A DNA stretch of 62,529 nucleotides, counting the filler, from Moniliella sp. 'wahieum' (taxonomy: Eukaryota), in NCBI GenBank assembly GCA_003971905.1. It is 4 parts of 4 records of this genome, joined end to end, with 100 filler letters (N's around TTAATTAATTAA, not from the genome) between each part and the next. Parts side by side here need not be neighbours in the genome. Positions count along the whole stretch, not along the records: positions 49,935 to 62,529 come from RSEE01000210.1; 3 more parts are not named here. One strand, written 5' to 3'. Under the pieces are notes generated by a model that was given only the letters and a program-made list of their open reading frames with translations, had not been told where the DNA came from and ran no database searches. Shown here in pieces: positions 59,441 to 62,529 of the stretch. Made by a program: the position numbers and the translations under genes. Each line of letters starts with the position of its first letter. The first letter of the stretch is position 1.

Positions 59441-62400
59441 ATGGCCGCCTCGCGCCCATGCCGCCCATGTCCAGCCCACGCAGCACCAGCCAGACCTCCC
59501 CCGGCCCGCTCGCCCCCCACGCGCCTGCCGCCTCCGCGCCCCAAGCCGCCCGCCGCCACGCGCACCTACGCCCGCCGCCGCCCTCGCAGCGCCACCCCGT
59601 CCGTCCTGCCGACGACCTCCCCCAATCCCGATTGCGCACTCGCCTCGTCTCGCCTTTTCGCCCGCCCTCTGCTCTCGCCGCACCATGCGTCCGATGCATC
59701 CTCCGACGCGCACCCGCACCATGCACGCTCGCCGGTCCAGAGCGGCGATGAGGACGAGGAGCACGACCACTACGAAGACCACGACGAGGACGAGGACGAG
59801 GAGGAGGATTGCCCTCGGCGCCTCTGGGCGCGATGGCGGGAAGATGATGAAACGCCGATCGGCCCGCTGGGGCAGCGACGGGATCCGCGCCCCCCCGACG
59901 TCGGTTCCACATTGGTCGTCCGGGCGAAGGGCGGCGCGGCGGCCAGTCCCCCCGTCGCGTGACACGCACCCATCGACCGACGCGGATCGCTCCACAAACA
60001 AGGCGACTGACGTTGCGGGCCACCCTTCCTCCCCCGCGCGGCCCAGCACCCACAACGCAAAGCAGAGTCGCGGTCCTGGCGCTTGTGCAGCAGAGGAAAG
60101 AGAAGGAGGCGCAAGCGGCCGCCGAGGCGCGAGCCTTGGCCGCACGCCAGAAGGAGACCGCGAACCAGAACCAGAACCAGAAGGAGAAGGAGAACAGGGC
60201 CGACGAGTCCAGTGTGAATACGGCGATGGGAACGCGCCTGATGGACTTGCTGGAGGACGATGGGGGCGCATGGCCCGAGCCGGACGATATGTTCTTCCTG
60301 CCGACCTGCCTGAACGGGAGCAAGGCGAGTCGCGAGTTGAGCCGCAGCCTCAGCCTCAGCCTGCGGCGGTCCGGCCAAGGCTGTCGTCCCCCCGTCAGGC
60401 TTCTTTTCCGACTCGGATCCTGACGAAGGGTTCGACGTCCAGCGGCCAGCGCGCGCAACCAAGTCCAAAGCACCCGCCAAGATCAAGGTATGTGGTTTAT
60501 CTTGTGCTCTGTGTCCTCGTGAGGTCTAACACTAACTCCTTCTTACCCTTCCTACCCTTCCTACCCCTGCTACCACGCTGCTACCTCAGCCGCGGTCGCG
60601 TCGCGAACGCGAAGAGATGGAGAAGGAAACGCAGCGTCTCAATGCGCAAAATAAAATTGAGGCCGCGCGGACGTGTGCAAGAATCCCAGTCGCGCCGACG
60701 GGAAACCAAAACGTTTGATGTGGCCCAACTGCATGCGGCCATCCAAGCAACGCCAAGTTGAAGGTGGGCAATGCCCAGCCCCAAACCACCCCTCGCACCG
60801 GGTTGCCGCAACAGCAGCACCAGGACGGCACGACGATGCGTATGGCCAACCTCGCTGCCGACTTGTTGGCTGACGAGCAAGATAGTGACGACGAAGCCAA
60901 GGAGAACGAGATGACACCAGCGATTGGTAAAGACAAGGGGAAGGCCAATGCTAAGGACAAGGACATCAAGCCTTACCAACGTCTCCCGCTTGGCCCACTT
61001 GATCTCGACTCAACCTGTTGCCCTGGTGCCTCCGGTGCCGACGACGACGACGATGACGATGAGATTGAGTTCGTTGACATTGTGCGGCCCGGCGGGCGCG
61101 GCGGGGGTGCCGAGCAAGTTGAGTCGATTGCGGGAACGGTTGTTGGGTCGGGGGTCGAATGGGTCTTCTGCCCCTGGTCAGGGTCGCGGGAAGCACGTGA
61201 AGCGGTGCACGGGGCCTCGGCTCCTGCCCCACCCCTTACGCCAAACAAATCAACTAGCGCCCTGAGCCACGCAGTGGCACTACCCCGCGCTCGCTCCAGT
61301 CCACACTGTGGTCTTCGGCGCGGGAACAAACTCGTCGCAAGGTCGATCCAGCGACGATGCTTTCGCGTGGCTTGGGGCCTAAACCTGAAGGCGTCTTTGT
61401 CCTTCCCACCAACCCGTTCTTTGCCCCGTCGAGCAAGACGAAGCGAGCAGAGCGGGAGCGAGTATGCCCCGGACCAAGAGGACGATCCGGTCACGCTCCA
61501 GTACAGTGGCGAGAGCGAGGCTGAGGCCGAGGCCGATCCAGATGAGGGAGAAGAAGAGGATGAGGAGGAACAGCAGGGGGCGGAAAGTGCCAATGAGCGG
61601 GAAGGATCGTCGTCGCTGCGTGACCGTCCGATGGGGAAGCGGACGAAGACGAGGTCCACATGCATCGTGCGCCGGTTGCTCGTGCGCGCCGAGGGCGCCA
61701 TTTCGTCCGACTCGGAAGACGATGATGGGGCGACGGAAGTGGGACCCAAAACGGACCGAGGAGGGGGGCTAGCTTCCTTCCCGCTGTCCCAACGATCGGA
61801 TCTGCCTAGTCCCAGCGGCTTCCACCGCGGGCAGCTCCCACGCCGAGACGCTTCCCACGCCGGCGTGGGCGACACCACGGCGCGACCCAGTAGCGCTTGG
61901 GGGGCGGAGGGGCCCTCTCTCTGCCCAGTGGCACCGACGTGCTGGGCAACTCTTGTTCCGACCCAAACCACACCACGACGGATACGCCGTTGCTCACGCA
62001 GGCCATCACAGTGACACCGACCGCTCGCCGCTGCTCGGCGCACGTCGGTCCCTCCCGGCCCGACGGGGCGCGTGTGTGCTGGGATCCGATTCGAACGCGG
62101 CAGGAGCGGGGCTGAGCCAGTTCTTTGCTTCTACCCAGGGCGGGACACAGGCTGATCCCTCGGCCGGGTGGGTCTGGCGACCCCGATCTCCCTCGCCAGC
62201 GTCGTGTGCTGGGCCGGGGGGTGGGGACAGCGATGCGCTCGGCGCGGCGTTTTTTGGTGCGGCGACACCGACGCCCGTGCCGTGCCGGTGCCGGGGTCAG
62301 CGGCGGTGCAGTCTGGTGGGGTGCGCCCCAGTGCCCCTTGAACGGCCCAAGTCCCACGCCCAAGGAGAGGAGAAGGATGGTTTGCTGCGCTACGTCGGGC

Positions 62401-62529
62401 GCACCAAGCCCCGCTGCAGGGATGGGGTGGGACGACGATGGTCTACTGGGATTGCGACGCTGGACGCGGAGCACTACGACGGCGAAGCGGCTGATGCGAG
62501 AAACAACGTGTGTGGCTGAGAACGTCGAG
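59441..62529 (+). CDS. Probable Mrc1/claspin-like replication checkpoint mediator; runs off window, frameshifted
   Basis: Long acidic low-complexity protein with EEMEKETQRL (cf. fungal Mrc1 EEMxRETQR) and GLSQFFASTQ motifs; intron ~60488-60589; ACGCG cluster upstream. Confidence 0.45.

Overview
Eukaryotic, GC-rich fungal DNA, most consistent with a basidiomycete/smut-like genome (GT-AG introns with CTRAC branch sites, an intron-containing tRNA, LTR retrotransposon relics). The window is four unrelated contigs joined by artificial 100-bp linkers (N44-TTAATTAATTAA-N44 at 16374-16473, 34219-34318, 49835-49934), so adjacency across linkers means nothing. Indel errors are frequent and break even essential genes. 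Recognisable genes: ABCC/MRP transporter, Ulp1-type SUMO protease, ABCB/MDR transporter, Spo73/dysferlin-domain protein, tRNA-Gly(GCC), DUF2235 hydrolase with an 'ASVK' repeat tail, RRS1, OPT transporter, EF-1beta with an intronic U18-like C/D snoRNA, and a probable Mrc1/claspin. Mobile DNA: chromoviral Ty3/Gypsy 3' end, Copia, LINE and possible hAT relics, and three LTR families each present twice. The most unusual signal is a chromosome-end-like architecture seen at two contig ends with telomere polarity: ~140-bp TTAGGG-bearing units run into a homogeneous, hairpin-rich 40-bp tandem array. Nearby, a truncated LTR is capped by CCCTAA repeats. Gene boundaries are approximate, and family calls rest on motif recognition without database searches.
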